This document shows, in pieces, positions 32,887 to 43,406 of a stretch of DNA of 64,000 bases. The notes beneath the pieces are model-generated. The model was given only the letters and a program-made list of their open reading frames with translations, was not told the origin of the DNA and did not search any database. The stretch lies in contig CAWBKB010000005.1 of NCBI GenBank assembly GCA_963789265.1, positions 256,001-320,000 of the forward strand. Direction: 5' to 3'. The translations under genes were made by a program, and so were the position numbers. This stretch comes from an uncultured delta proteobacterium. Its GTDB lineage: Bacteria > Desulfobacterota > Desulfomonilia > Desulfomonilales > Desulfomonilaceae. Position 1 is the first letter of the stretch. Each line of letters opens with the position of its first letter.

Positions 32887-35169
32887 ATGCGGGAAGTAAT
32901 CTATGCGGTGTTAGTATCGGCCGTTTTTGTTCAGGGAGGAGCGGCCTTCTTGTCGTTGCGCCTGATTCCGCTTACGGGAAAAAAGCTGGCATGGCTCTCT
33001 ATCTCAACAGCTCTGCTTCTCATGTCTCTTCGCAGATCGATAGCGCTCTTTTGGTTCCCTGCGCAAGGATCGTTAAACAGCTCCTACATGTCTGAAGCCT
33101 TCATCACCCTTGCCACTTCGCTTTTGGTGCTCTTGGGAATTTACACGATTCGACCCGTGTTTCAAAGCATGCGAGACTCGAGAGACGCATTGCAACAAGA
33201 AGTCCGGGATCGCAAGCGTGCGGAAGAGGCGTTGCGGAAGAGTGAAAAGATGCTCGGAACTATTTTGGCCGCGTCGCCGGCCGCCATTACCTATGTTGAA
33301 GAAGGAATCGTCAGGTGGACGAATCCGGCTATGCTGACGATGTTCGGGTACCAAAGCTTGGCAGATTGTTTGGGAAAGAAAGCGAAAGATTTTTACCTAT
33401 CGGCGGAGGAATATGAAAGGGTTCTCGCACTCTTTAAGAAAGGCCTGCCTTCACTGACCCCCTTCGAGGATCAAGCTAGATTTCGACGGAAAGACGGCTC
33501 CCTGTTCTATGGCCACTTGAGGGTGAGTCCACTTGACGGCGTGTTCGGCAAGAAAGGCCTGATTTCCAGTATTATGGATGTCTCCGGGCAAATTAAGGCC
33601 CAAGAAGCTTTGCAGGTAAGTGAACAGCAATACAGGAGCCTCTATGAAGAGTCGAAACGTCAGCATGAGCTTTACCGTTCCCTTCTCGATTCATCTCCTG
33701 ATGCCATCGTCATCTACGATATGGAGGGAGGAACCAAGTATGTGAATGACGCGTTCACAAGAGATTTTGGATGGACCGTAGAGGACGTGAAAAATCGAAG
33801 AATCCCCTATCTTCCCGATTCTGAGAGAGAAGCCAGCATCGCTCTTCTCCAAGGCGTCATCGATAAAGGCATCCCTTGCAACGGTTTCGAGACGAAACGG
33901 TATACCAAAGACGGGCGCGTCTTGGATGTTAGTTTGAGTGCGTCCCGCTATTACGACCACGAGGGAAACCCGGGGGGGATGCTCGTTATCGTGTCCGACA
34001 TTACACACCGCAAGTTGCTCGAAGAACAGCTCCGCCAATCTGCAAAGATGGAAGCCATTGGCCAGTTGGCGGGCGGTCTGGCCCACGATTTCAATAATAT
34101 CCTCACAGCCGTGATCGGGTATGCGAACTTGATGTCAAATGATCTACCCAAAGGTCAACCAAACCGAGACAGACTACATTTGATCACCCGTGCCGCAGAA
34201 CGTGCAGCCGATCTCACCCGACAACTGCTTGCCTTCAGTCGTAAGCAGGTGCTGGACATGAAGGTAATGTACCTGGACGAGATAATGGGGGACATGGAGA
34301 GGCTCTTAAAGAGGTTGATCGGAGAGGATATCGATCTCGTCACCGATTTGAACGCGCCTGGGGGGAGAGTCCAGGCCGATCCGGTGCAGATTCAACAGAT
34401 TTTGATGAATCTGGCGGTTAACGCGCGAGACGCCATGAGTGGGGGAGGGCAGTTGACGATAGAAACAGGCAGTGCCTTCCTGGACCAGGATTATGCTCGC
34501 CTGCATCCGGAAGTGCGGCCCGGTCAATACGTGATGTTGGCCGTCAGCGACAATGGCCAGGGCATGAACTCCTCAACCCTCGCAAGAATATTCGAACCCT
34601 TTTTCACCACAAAGGAAAAAGGGGTCGGTACCGGGTTGGGCCTTGCCACGGTCTACGGTATCGTTAAGCAACATCAAGGCCATATCAATGTCTATAGCGA
34701 GCTTGGCCGTGGGACTACGTTCAAAGTCTACCTTCCTTTGGCGGAAGCGTTGCCCGACTCGCCAGCGCAGACCTCGGACCCCGGCCCGAGACCGCATGGA
34801 AAGGAGACAATCCTAGTGGTCGAGGATGAGGAGATCGTGCGTACACTTGCGTGCGAGGCGCTTGGAATACTCGGGTATGTAACTCTCCCCGCTGCCAGCC
34901 CCAGAGAGGCAATAGAGATCTCCAGCACTCACGAAGGCTCTATCCACCTCGTGCTGACCGACGTCGTTCTACCCCAAATGGACGGGCGACGTCTATTCGA
35001 TAGTCTGTCCTCCAAACGACCCGATCTCAAAGTTCTCTATGTATCGGGGTACACGGAGAACTTTATCGTTCATCACGGCGTTCTCGACAACGGACTGAAC
35101 TTCATGGCTAAACCGTTCAATATTGATGACTTGGCAAGGAAAGTCCGTCAGATACTCGATGCTAGTTGA
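32887..35169 (+). CDS. Membrane hybrid sensor histidine kinase (PAS x2, HisKA, HATPase, REC)
   Basis: AGGLAHDFNNIL, NLAVNARDAM, FEPFFTTK, GTGLGLA, ILVVEDE, LTDVVLP, KPF. Confidence 0.95.
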   Translation: MREVIYAVLVSAVFVQGGAAFLSLRLIPLTGKKLAWLSISTALLLMSLRRSIALFWFPAQGSLNSSYMSEAFITLATSLLVLLGIYTIRPVFQSMRDSRDALQQEVRDRKRAEEALRKSEKMLGTILAASPAAITYVEEGIVRWTNPAMLTMFGYQSLADCLGKKAKDFYLSAEEYERVLALFKKGLPSLTPFEDQARFRRKDGSLFYGHLRVSPLDGVFGKKGLISSIMDVSGQIKAQEALQVSEQQYRSLYEESKRQHELYRSLLDSSPDAIVIYDMEGGTKYVNDAFTRDFGWTVEDVKNRRIPYLPDSEREASIALLQGVIDKGIPCNGFETKRYTKDGRVLDVSLSASRYYDHEGNPGGMLVIVSDITHRKLLEEQLRQSAKMEAIGQLAGGLAHDFNNILTAVIGYANLMSNDLPKGQPNRDRLHLITRAAERAADLTRQLLAFSRKQVLDMKVMYLDEIMGDMERLLKRLIGEDIDLVTDLNAPGGRVQADPVQIQQILMNLAVNARDAMSGGGQLTIETGSAFLDQDYARLHPEVRPGQYVMLAVSDNGQGMNSSTLARIFEPFFTTKEKGVGTGLGLATVYGIVKQHQGHINVYSELGRGTTFKVYLPLAEALPDSPAQTSDPGPRPHGKETILVVEDEEIVRTLACEALGILGYVTLPAASPREAIEISSTHEGSIHLVLTDVVLPQMDGRRLFDSLSSKRPDLKVLYVSGYTENFIVHHGVLDNGLNFMAKPFNIDDLARKVRQILDAS

Positions 35170-35300
35170 GGATACCGAGGCGTTTTCGGCCAATCCAGAG
35201 ATGCCAACTCCGGAAGGACTCAACCTTATACCCGGCTTGCGACCTTATACCAATGCGTTGTCGCAAAGGCCAAAACGGCTGACCTTTACGTCTCATTGCT

Positions 35301-36962
35301 TCATTTCTCATCAGCAAATTGGTTCTTGTACGTCATACGCATTTCCCTCTTCAGTATCTTGCCCGTGGGGGTCTTGGGGAGCGCGGTCAGAAAGATCACG
35401 CTTTTTGGACACTTAAATGGGGCAAGTTCTCTCCTGCAAAGGTCCATGATTTCCTGCTCCTTGATAGTCTCTCCCTGCTTAGGAACAACAACTGCCGTGA
35501 CGGCCTCGACCCACTTCGGGTGTGGTAAGCCTACGACGGCAACCTCTTGAACTCGCCTGTCGAGATAGATTGCTTCCTCTACCTCCCGTGTGGCAACGTT
35601 TTCTCCACCGGTCTTCACCATGTCTTTCTTTCTATCAACGACAGCGATGTAACGATCTTCATCCATTGCTCCGATATCCCCGGAATGGAACCAGCCACCC
35701 TTCATGGCCTCTTCGGTCTTGTCCGGATCTTTGTAGTACATAATCATCACGTGCGGTCCTCTGCCGCAGATCTCGCCCGGGACACCAGGTTGATAAATCG
35801 GCTTGCCTTGCTCGTCTTCGAGTCTGGTTTCCATGTTTAATCCGCCCATTCCGGCTGATCCTAGTTTGGTCGTGGCGTCCTTGGCCTTAAGAATAGTGTG
35901 GTACGGCGCCAGTTCAGTTTGCCCGTAGTAATTATAGATCTTAGCCCCCGGCAATCTTTCCAAGATTTCTTTCAGTATCTCGACAGGCATGATAGAGGCA
36001 CCGTAGTAGCATTTTTTGAGGCTCGACAGATCGTACTTTCCAAAATCAGGGTGTCTGAGAATCCCTATCCACACCGTCGGAGGCGCGAAGAACATCGTCG
36101 CTTTGTAATCTTCAATGTTCTTCAGGACTTGTCCAATGTCAGGCCCCATCAAGACATTGGTTCCGCCTACCAGAAAAATGGGGTTCATGAAAACATCCCG
36201 CTGAGCGCAATGGTATATGGGTAAGGCATTTATGCTGACGTCGTCGCTGTCATATTGACCGTCTATGATACATCCCATGTAATGAGCCAACAGAGCCTGA
36301 TTGCTGATAATAACACCCTTAGGTAGAGACTCGGTACCGCTTGTGTAAGTCATCTGGCACGGGTCTTCGATATGGAGGATGGCGGCGGGCTCGTCCTCGG
36401 AATACTCTTTAATCCACACGTCGAAATCTCTAAAACGGTTGCTGATGGGAGGTTTCCCGACACCCTGATTGGACCAAATCAGAGTTTCCACCGTAGGTAT
36501 CTCGTCAAGAATGTCTTTCACGAGGTCATAGAGAGCATCCTCGACTATGAAAACCTTACTTTCGGAGTGATTGATACAATAGGAAATATCCTTGCCGCGG
36601 AGAAGATAGTTGATGGCCAAATATACAGCCCCGATCTTACAACACCCGATCCATGTCAGAACATGATGAATGGTGTTGTGGGCCAATATCGCCACACGGT
36701 CGTACTTGTTCACGCCTAAATCCTTCAGGGCACTGCCTACTCGGTTCGCCTCGTCTTCCATCTCACTGTAAGTGAGGCTCTTATCTTCATAGATAAGGGC
36801 CTTCCTGTCAGGGTAATGATACCGGCTTCGGCGGATCATGTCCGCTATGACCCAGCGATTGCTCCTGTTGTACCTGTTCATGAGGAATTCCAGGTTTTCT
36901 TTGTTTAGAGCGTTGAAATGCTCCATTTCTTCAGCAGTCAACGGCCTGGAGAAGTCCGACAT
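35301..36962 (-). CDS. AMP-forming acyl-CoA synthetase
   Basis: YTSGTESLPKG, YYGQTE, WFHSGDIG, DRKKDMVKTGGENV, LPKTPTGKILK; SD AGGAGG. Confidence 0.93.
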   Translation of the reverse strand: MSDFSRPLTAEEMEHFNALNKENLEFLMNRYNRSNRWVIADMIRRSRYHYPDRKALIYEDKSLTYSEMEDEANRVGSALKDLGVNKYDRVAILAHNTIHHVLTWIGCCKIGAVYLAINYLLRGKDISYCINHSESKVFIVEDALYDLVKDILDEIPTVETLIWSNQGVGKPPISNRFRDFDVWIKEYSEDEPAAILHIEDPCQMTYTSGTESLPKGVIISNQALLAHYMGCIIDGQYDSDDVSINALPIYHCAQRDVFMNPIFLVGGTNVLMGPDIGQVLKNIEDYKATMFFAPPTVWIGILRHPDFGKYDLSSLKKCYYGASIMPVEILKEILERLPGAKIYNYYGQTELAPYHTILKAKDATTKLGSAGMGGLNMETRLEDEQGKPIYQPGVPGEICGRGPHVMIMYYKDPDKTEEAMKGGWFHSGDIGAMDEDRYIAVVDRKKDMVKTGGENVATREVEEAIYLDRRVQEVAVVGLPHPKWVEAVTAVVVPKQGETIKEQEIMDLCRRELAPFKCPKSVIFLTALPKTPTGKILKREMRMTYKNQFADEK

Positions 36963-37324
36963 GGTTGTGCCTCCTATACCTGTTCTCCACGATAATAGAG
37001 AAATGCCTTTTTGCGTTGGTCTTGAATTCCCGGACAATCTTTTCGGCTTTATGGCGGTGGTGAGCTGAAGTGGTCCCTGCGTGTGTCGCCGCTTCGATGA
37101 GTAGGCCGCACCCGGAAGGAGGAGATCGAGAAATCTTTGAAGGCCGGGGCTCGCTTGATCTCTGCGCCTGCATTTTCGGCCGTTTCTTTTTCTTTCTTAG
37201 TAGGAATCTACAGTTCTAATGGAAAAGTTGGTTTCCGACGAGTTGCAGTCGTTACACAAAAGTGCCGCCGCTCCGATCAACAGACGGGCATGCTTCATGA
37301 AAGAGAAATCGTGGAAGACTTTGC

Positions 37325-38479
37325 TCAGAGCGAAATCAAGATGTCGCGCCCCGCGATGAGCCTCATTATCTGATTAGTTCCGGTGTATATTTGTGTGAGT
37401 TTTGCGTCCCGCATCATTCTCTCTACGGGATAATCTTTCATATAACCATAACCTCCCAAAATTTGAACAGCATCCGTGGTAACCCGCATTGCGGTATCGG
37501 AAGCCGTGTACTTGGCCATCGCTGCAAAAGTTCCAGCCCTTTCTTCTTGTCCATCATCGAATAGCCAAGCGGCCTTGTGACTGAGCAATCGTGAGAACTC
37601 CACCGCAGCAGCCATATCGGCCACCATGAACTGAATAGGAGCTAACGCCGCTATCGGCTTACCGAACTGCACTCTTTCCCGAGCATAATTGACCGCCTCA
37701 CCCAAAGCCCCCTGAGCAATACCCACAGCCTGGGACGCACAAAAAAGCCTACTCATTGCCAACGTCTTCATGAGATTGGCAAAACCCCAGCCCTCTTGGC
37801 CGATGAGATTTTCAGCTGGAATTTCCATGTCTTCAAAGAACAGCTCCGAGTTAATGGAACCTCGCATTCCCATCTTGTTTTCATTCTTGCCGTATACAAG
37901 ACCGGGAAGGCCCTTTTCCACGACAAATGCACTGATACCACCGGTTCCCTTTGTGGAATCGGTGTAAGCATACAGCACAAAAAAATCCGCCACCGATCCG
38001 TCTGTTATGAAGCATTTTTGGCCATTTACGAGATACATATCACCTTTGCGCACGGCTTTGGTTCTCATGGAGGCGAGATCGGACCCTGCGAACGGTTCTG
38101 TTGCCGCCAGAGCAGTCAACTGAGGAGATTCACCGGCAAGACGCTGCAAGTACTTCTCTTTAAGAGCTTCGCTCCCGCCATGCAATATCGGCAGCATGCC
38201 ATCGGCCTGAGCAATCAACAGCAATGCTGATGAAGCGCACACCCGTGCGATCTCTTCGAGGATCATCGAAAATAGTATGAAACTTACCTGCACTCCGCCG
38301 TACTGCGCCGGCAAGAGAGCATTCAGAACGCCGTTCTTCGCGAAGGCATCAAGTGAGTGCTGAGGAAATCCAGCCGTCTCGTCCAGTTCCGCAGCCTTCG
38401 GTGCAATCTCCTTTGAAACTATCCTGCGTACGGTTTCGAGAATCATCCGTTGTTCATCATCAAGCTCGAACAAGCGCAA
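37325..38479 (-). CDS. Acyl-CoA dehydrogenase, cyclohex-1-ene-1-carbonyl-CoA dehydrogenase-like
   Basis: ACAD motifs TEP.AGSD and GGYGY; the C-terminal catalytic Glu is replaced (IYTGTNQ); LLLIAQADGMLPI carries an Asp. Confidence 0.8.
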   Translation of the reverse strand: MRLFELDDEQRMILETVRRIVSKEIAPKAAELDETAGFPQHSLDAFAKNGVLNALLPAQYGGVQVSFILFSMILEEIARVCASSALLLIAQADGMLPILHGGSEALKEKYLQRLAGESPQLTALAATEPFAGSDLASMRTKAVRKGDMYLVNGQKCFITDGSVADFFVLYAYTDSTKGTGGISAFVVEKGLPGLVYGKNENKMGMRGSINSELFFEDMEIPAENLIGQEGWGFANLMKTLAMSRLFCASQAVGIAQGALGEAVNYARERVQFGKPIAALAPIQFMVADMAAAVEFSRLLSHKAAWLFDDGQEERAGTFAAMAKYTASDTAMRVTTDAVQILGGYGYMKDYPVERMMRDAKLTQIYTGTNQIMRLIAGRDILISL

Positions 38480-38539
38480 CCTCCGGGAGCCTTAAATGGC
38501 GCGACAGCCAACCCGTGTCGCCTGGAATATCAAGTGGTT

Positions 38540-39547
38540 TCAAATCGTGAAGCCGGCCTCCACGTCGCCGCGCTCATCCTTTTCTAAGTAGTTGGTTACA
38601 TAGTCCGTGACCGCGGCCTCAAGCGTGAAAAACTCATCTTCAAACCCGGCTTTCCGTAACTTCGTTGATTGAGCGCAAGTATAATATTGATATCGCTTTT
38701 CAAGATCATCCGGCATGTCGATATATTCGATGCAAGGTTCCACGCCCAGAGCGGCAAAAATTGCGGAAGCAAGGTCGCGAAAATTCCGCGGCGAACCCGT
38801 ACCCGCGTTGAAAATACCGTTTGTCTCGCGTTTCTCTAGAAAGTGGAGCGTGATGTTCACCGCGTCCTTCACGTATATGAAATCACGGCACTGCTCGCCG
38901 TCTCTGTATTCCGGTTTATAGGATTTGAAGAGCCTCACCTTCCCGGTTTTCTTGGCCTGGAAGTAAGCCCTGATAGCCACGCTTCGCATGTCGCCTTTAT
39001 GATACTCGTTGGGGCCGAACACGTTAAAGTATTTGAGACCCACAGCATTCTGCAGAAAACTTGTTTTGAGAGCCCAAAGGTCGAAAACATGCTTCGAATA
39101 CCCGTACATGTTCAGCGGGCGCAACGATGTAAGTGACTCGTGGGCATCGGAATACCCTTGCTCACCATTTCCGTACGTGGCCGCACTGGACGCGTAAATA
39201 AAACGCAGCCCCTTTTTCCCTGCGTAACGTGACGCCAACTTGCGGGAAAACCAATAGTTGTTCTCCATGAGGTAGTCCGCGTCTTTTTCTGTAGTCGAAC
39301 TACAAGCCCCCATGTGAAATACGGCCCATACGCCTTGGTCAAACATTCCTCGCTCGAGCTTTACGAGGAAATCCTCTTTGTGCTCGTAATCGAGAAATCT
39401 TAAATCAAGCATATTTTTCCACTTGTCGGCTTTTCCAAGACGATCCACGATAAGAATGTTCTCTTCGCCGGATTCATTAAGGGCCCTAACAATGTTGCTG
39501 CCGATGAATCCTGCTCCGCCGGTGACTATGACCAAACCTTTGTTCAC
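38540..39547 (-). CDS. rfaD: ADP-L-glycero-D-manno-heptose 6-epimerase
   Basis: VTGGAGFIGSN, HMGACSSTTE, YASSAATYG, YGYSK, YFNVFGPNEYHKG; GTG start assumed. Confidence 0.95.
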   Translation of the reverse strand: MNKGLVIVTGGAGFIGSNIVRALNESGEENILIVDRLGKADKWKNMLDLRFLDYEHKEDFLVKLERGMFDQGVWAVFHMGACSSTTEKDADYLMENNYWFSRKLASRYAGKKGLRFIYASSAATYGNGEQGYSDAHESLTSLRPLNMYGYSKHVFDLWALKTSFLQNAVGLKYFNVFGPNEYHKGDMRSVAIRAYFQAKKTGKVRLFKSYKPEYRDGEQCRDFIYVKDAVNITLHFLEKRETNGIFNAGTGSPRNFRDLASAIFAALGVEPCIEYIDMPDDLEKRYQYYTCAQSTKLRKAGFEDEFFTLEAAVTDYVTNYLEKDERGDVEAGFTI

Positions 39548-39797
39548 TTTCCAACTCGCCTTGTCTTCCGGAATTGAGTCTCTGGGTTTCGCTTGAAACG
39601 ATACCTTTCTATAACACATATTTCAGCTATTCTTATGCTAAGACGGGTAAAAAACGATCATGCACGCTGCTTTAATAGAGCCCACACAAAAGGTTCCCTA
39701 ACTGCTATTGTAGAACCGGATTCGAAAATTCTCTCTGTCGTCCGAATTATAGGCCACAAAAAGATATGAAAACTAGCAGAAACGGTGGAATCCTCTC

Positions 39798-40761
39798 ATG
39801 AAAGCTCTTGTCTTTGAAGGAAAGCCGGCCCTCCAGGATGTTCCGGTACCCAATCCGCTACCGGGCGAAGCCCTCGTGAAAGTCCGAATGGCAGGAATCT
39901 GCAAAACAGACATCGAGATTGTTCGAGGCTACATGAATTTTCACGGGATTCCGGGACATGAATTCGTCGGGACTGTCAAACGATCTCCCGATCCGCAGCA
40001 GGTGGGTCGCCGCGTGGTTGGGGAAATAAATGCCGGTTGCGGAGATTGCTCCTACTGCCGGAAAGGTTTGCAACGCCACTGCCCTCACAGGACCGTGCTC
40101 GGCATCCTCGGACGTGACGGCGCGATGGCCGAATATCTTACCCTTCCGACATCTAACCTGGTACCTGTGCCCCCAACGCTTTCGGATGAAAAAGCGGTCT
40201 TCACGGAACCCCTGGCTGCTGCGCTTGAAATCCTCGAACAGGTAAAGATACGGCCTGAGGACAGCGTTGCGGTGATCGGGGACGGCAGGCTGGGGCTGCT
40301 CGTCTGCATGGTGCTTCGCCTCACCGGGTGCAACTTGCTCTTGGTCGGGAAGCATCCTGAAAAACTGGAATTCTTTACGCGTATGCACGGATCGTCAATA
40401 ACTTTGGACTCGTTCAGAAGTCGCGAGGGCCGATTCGACGTGGTAGTGGAAGCTTCCGGTCACCCCTCAGGTTGGGAACTCGCGGTACGCCGGGTGAAGC
40501 CCCGGGGAATCATTGTTCTCAAGAGCACCTATCATGGAGGCTTCGATTTCAATCCGGCTCCATTGGTCATTGATGAAATCACCGTTGTGGGTTCGCGATG
40601 CGGGCAGTTCGCCGCAGCCCTGAGGCTGATGGAATCGGGTTCTGGTTGATCCCACTCTCCTGATTTCAGCTACTTTTCTCATGGATCAAGCCGAAGAAGC
40701 TTTCCGGGAGTCTCAGCGGCCCGATAATCTTAAGATTTTGCTAAAGATGGAAGAAATATGA
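39798..40761 (+). CDS. Zinc-dependent MDR alcohol dehydrogenase-like protein (frameshift near 40640)
   Basis: GICKTD, GHEFVG, CGDCSYC...HC, EPLAAA, VIGDGRLG, GSRCG; C-terminus LVDPTLLIS...KILLKM is in the shifted frame. Confidence 0.88.
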
Positions 40762-40845
40762 TCCACAGGAATGCTCTTCAAGAAGGTGCTGATATTTTGC
40801 AGCAATTCGTTACATTGCGGGCACCAGAAAATCATGAGCCCGCAA

Positions 40846-41316
40846 TCAGGGTTGAGCGCTGCTTTGGTTGCGGTCTCTTTCATCGGGGATCAACGTTGGC
40901 ACTATGTCACATATATTGGTCGGATTCGTCGTGTCCTTTCGTTTCCACACCCTAGCCAGGCTATGGAGGCCGGCAAGTTTGCGGGAACCGTGAGCTCGGT
41001 CATCGCGAGAAGGTATGGGCTTACCGGTTACCTCGCCATAAATGGCATTTAGGATCTCCTCAAGGCTGTTAAAGACAGTTTGAACGATCACGGGGTCAAG
41101 CTTAAAATCACCTATCGGCGTGCGCCCCTTTTCCAGAGTATCCTCGGCAATATTGTAGGCTGCAACGACGCTGCGTATTATGTTATTTTTTCGGTGAATC
41201 TCGCGCCAGGCTATCCAGGAAGCGAAAAGCGAGGTCATACCGAAAAGGACGCACATGACGAAAACAATCATATTGAAATACTTAATAGTTATATCGAGCA
41301 AATTCATGTCTTCCAT
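40846..41316 (-). CDS. Hypothetical membrane protein
   Basis: SD GGAGG; one long hydrophobic segment (IVFVMCVLFGMTSLFASWIAW). Confidence 0.65.
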   Translation of the reverse strand: MEDMNLLDITIKYFNMIVFVMCVLFGMTSLFASWIAWREIHRKNNIIRSVVAAYNIAEDTLEKGRTPIGDFKLDPVIVQTVFNSLEEILNAIYGEVTGKPIPSRDDRAHGSRKLAGLHSLARVWKRKDTTNPTNICDIVPTLIPDERDRNQSSAQP

Positions 41317-41586
41317 GAAAAAGTTCCTCCGCTGGTCAAACGACGGATTCCTACGCCTCCGGTCACAGGTGATGCACACCTATCAGGAATAAAGCGCAAC
41401 GTCAAGAAAAGGCAAAGAAAAATGTGGCTTTTTTATTTTTATGATTGAATTATCGAATCTTTTTGCAGATTGGTAGGGATAGGGATTCCCGAATGTAATC
41501 GCCGATTGTTTTCCGGCTCTCCCCAAAACGACGGACCGCAACCTGGCTGTTACGGCCGCGAGCGGGCCCGTCTAATCTTGCTGCGG

Positions 41587-42727
41587 TCAGAAGATCCGGG
41601 ACGCTAGTGGCAGATTTCGGACCAGAAACGCGACAGCGAAACAAAGCGGAACGCCGATGATCGCCGCCAGGCTGAATTTGAGCAGGTGTTCCAGCTCGAT
41701 GTTGCGCAGCGCCAGGCCGAGAAACACGATGACCGGAATGTGGATGACGTAAACCGTATAGGCCTGTCGAGTCAGGAACCGTCCGAACCGTCCCTGATGG
41801 TTGAGGAAGCGACGGAAGAAGGCAATCAGTCCTGAACAAATGCCGAACGAGAAGATGGAATCCCAGAGCGCGTAGATCCCGGACTCCCAGTGTCCTCGGC
41901 CCAAGAAGTTGGCTTTGCCGCTGAGCGCAAGCGGGAGCAGTACCAGTGTTGAGCCGATCGCAAGCACACACCCCACCTTGCCCATCGAGCTCGGCATGTT
42001 GCGAAACCAGTCGCGATGGTAGGCGACGGCACCAATGATAAAGAAGCTCAGGTACTGCGGAAAATAGGCAAGGCTCGGGAAGCCGAGCACCGAATGAGCC
42101 AGTGGCAGCACAGTGCGGACAAGGTAGCTTGCTAATGCCAGTACCTAGGACCGCGGCACCTATCAGTCGATAAGGTGGCAGGGTGGAGTCGCACTTGGGC
42201 CGGAGCGGCCGGTTCTTTGTTGCCAACCGCCACGCGACGTATCCGACATCGATGATAAGCAGCATTGCCACAAACCACATCGGCCCCATGGCGATCAACT
42301 TGGGATATTGCTGCCAGGTGAACGGTGTGGTGATGTGGGTCAACTCGCGTGGCATCCGATAGACCCCGACCCACGCAATCGGGTTGAGCACAAGAGCGTA
42401 AACGACCAACGGAATGCCCAGGCGACGAAACCTTTCCACCAGAAATCGAGTCGGTCCCTTACGGTGGAACGAGCCCGGCGTGAGGTAACCTGAGAGCAGG
42501 AAGAAGAAGCCCATGAAGTGGGCCTGGTTTAGGAGCTGAAACACCACGAGCACCATTGCCGCCCGCGCATCCCGGTACGCGGGCTCCTCGTAGTAAAAGG
42601 GCATGTTAGCCGCGTACATGATGGCCAGATGGTGCAATACCACTAGTGTCGTCAAGGCCACCCTGAGGTGGTCGACGAAGAACAGACGGGTTCCTGCTTC
42701 AAGTGGCGGCGGTGGACTGGTGGCCAT
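41587..42727 (-). CDS. Acyltransferase_3 family (OpgC/MdoC-like) membrane protein (frameshift near 42145)
   Basis: RLFFVDHLRVAL..LVVLHH, MGFFFLLSGY, RRLGIP, GPMWF, AYTVYVIH. Confidence 0.88.
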
Positions 42728-42855
42728 ACGCCGTTTCCCTTACGAGTGGGATACAGGTCCGGAGCAGTACGGCCCCCTGGTAAGAGCTGACTTGAACCCC
42801 ATGTTTTGAGTCCGTAATTGAACCAGGGAAGAGGGGATCTCAATTCAGATGGTGG

Positions 42856-43287
42856 TCATTTTTGCTGTTCTGCGATCTTGTCGATCTCTTCGTCGATGAA
42901 TTTTTTGAATGCGTCACCCGGGGACATTAGTGCCCCCTTTTCCGCTTCAAGGTTGGATGGGCGAATCTTGCAAATCCAGGCAGCGCCGTATGGATCTTCG
43001 TTCATTTTTTCGGGTTCGTCCTCCAAGTCCGTGTTCACCTCCGCGACCTCGCCTGAAACCGGTGCATAAATCCTACCAACCCACTTGCCGGACTCGATAG
43101 AACCATAAGGCTTACCTTGGGTCACTTCGCCCCCCTCTTCAGGCAGATCCACGAATGTGATTTCCCCTGCCTGTTTGGAGATAAACTCAGTGGCACCCGT
43201 GACTACCAGACCGCCTTCCTCTTTCGCCCAGAAGTGATTCTTTTCGTATTGTAGGTCATCAGGGAACACATACCCCTTATGCTCCAT
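42856..43287 (-). CDS. gcvH: Lipoyl-carrier protein, GcvH/LbpA-like
   Basis: H-protein fold: FVDLP, GSIESGKWVG (lipoyl-Lys), APVSGEV.EVN, NEDPYG..W; SD AGGAGG; no gcvT/gcvP nearby. Confidence 0.92.
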   Translation of the reverse strand: MEHKGYVFPDDLQYEKNHFWAKEEGGLVVTGATEFISKQAGEITFVDLPEEGGEVTQGKPYGSIESGKWVGRIYAPVSGEVAEVNTDLEDEPEKMNEDPYGAAWICKIRPSNLEAEKGALMSPGDAFKKFIDEEIDKIAEQQK

Positions 43288-43406
43288 AGCATCCTCCTCT
43301 AAAGCGAAATCGAAATTAAGAAATCGGCCGCAGCACCTTTACAGGAATCACGCGCCTTTGGCATTCCGTCCAGGCTTGTCCGGTTTATCCCGCGGCAATA
43401 TCGGCA

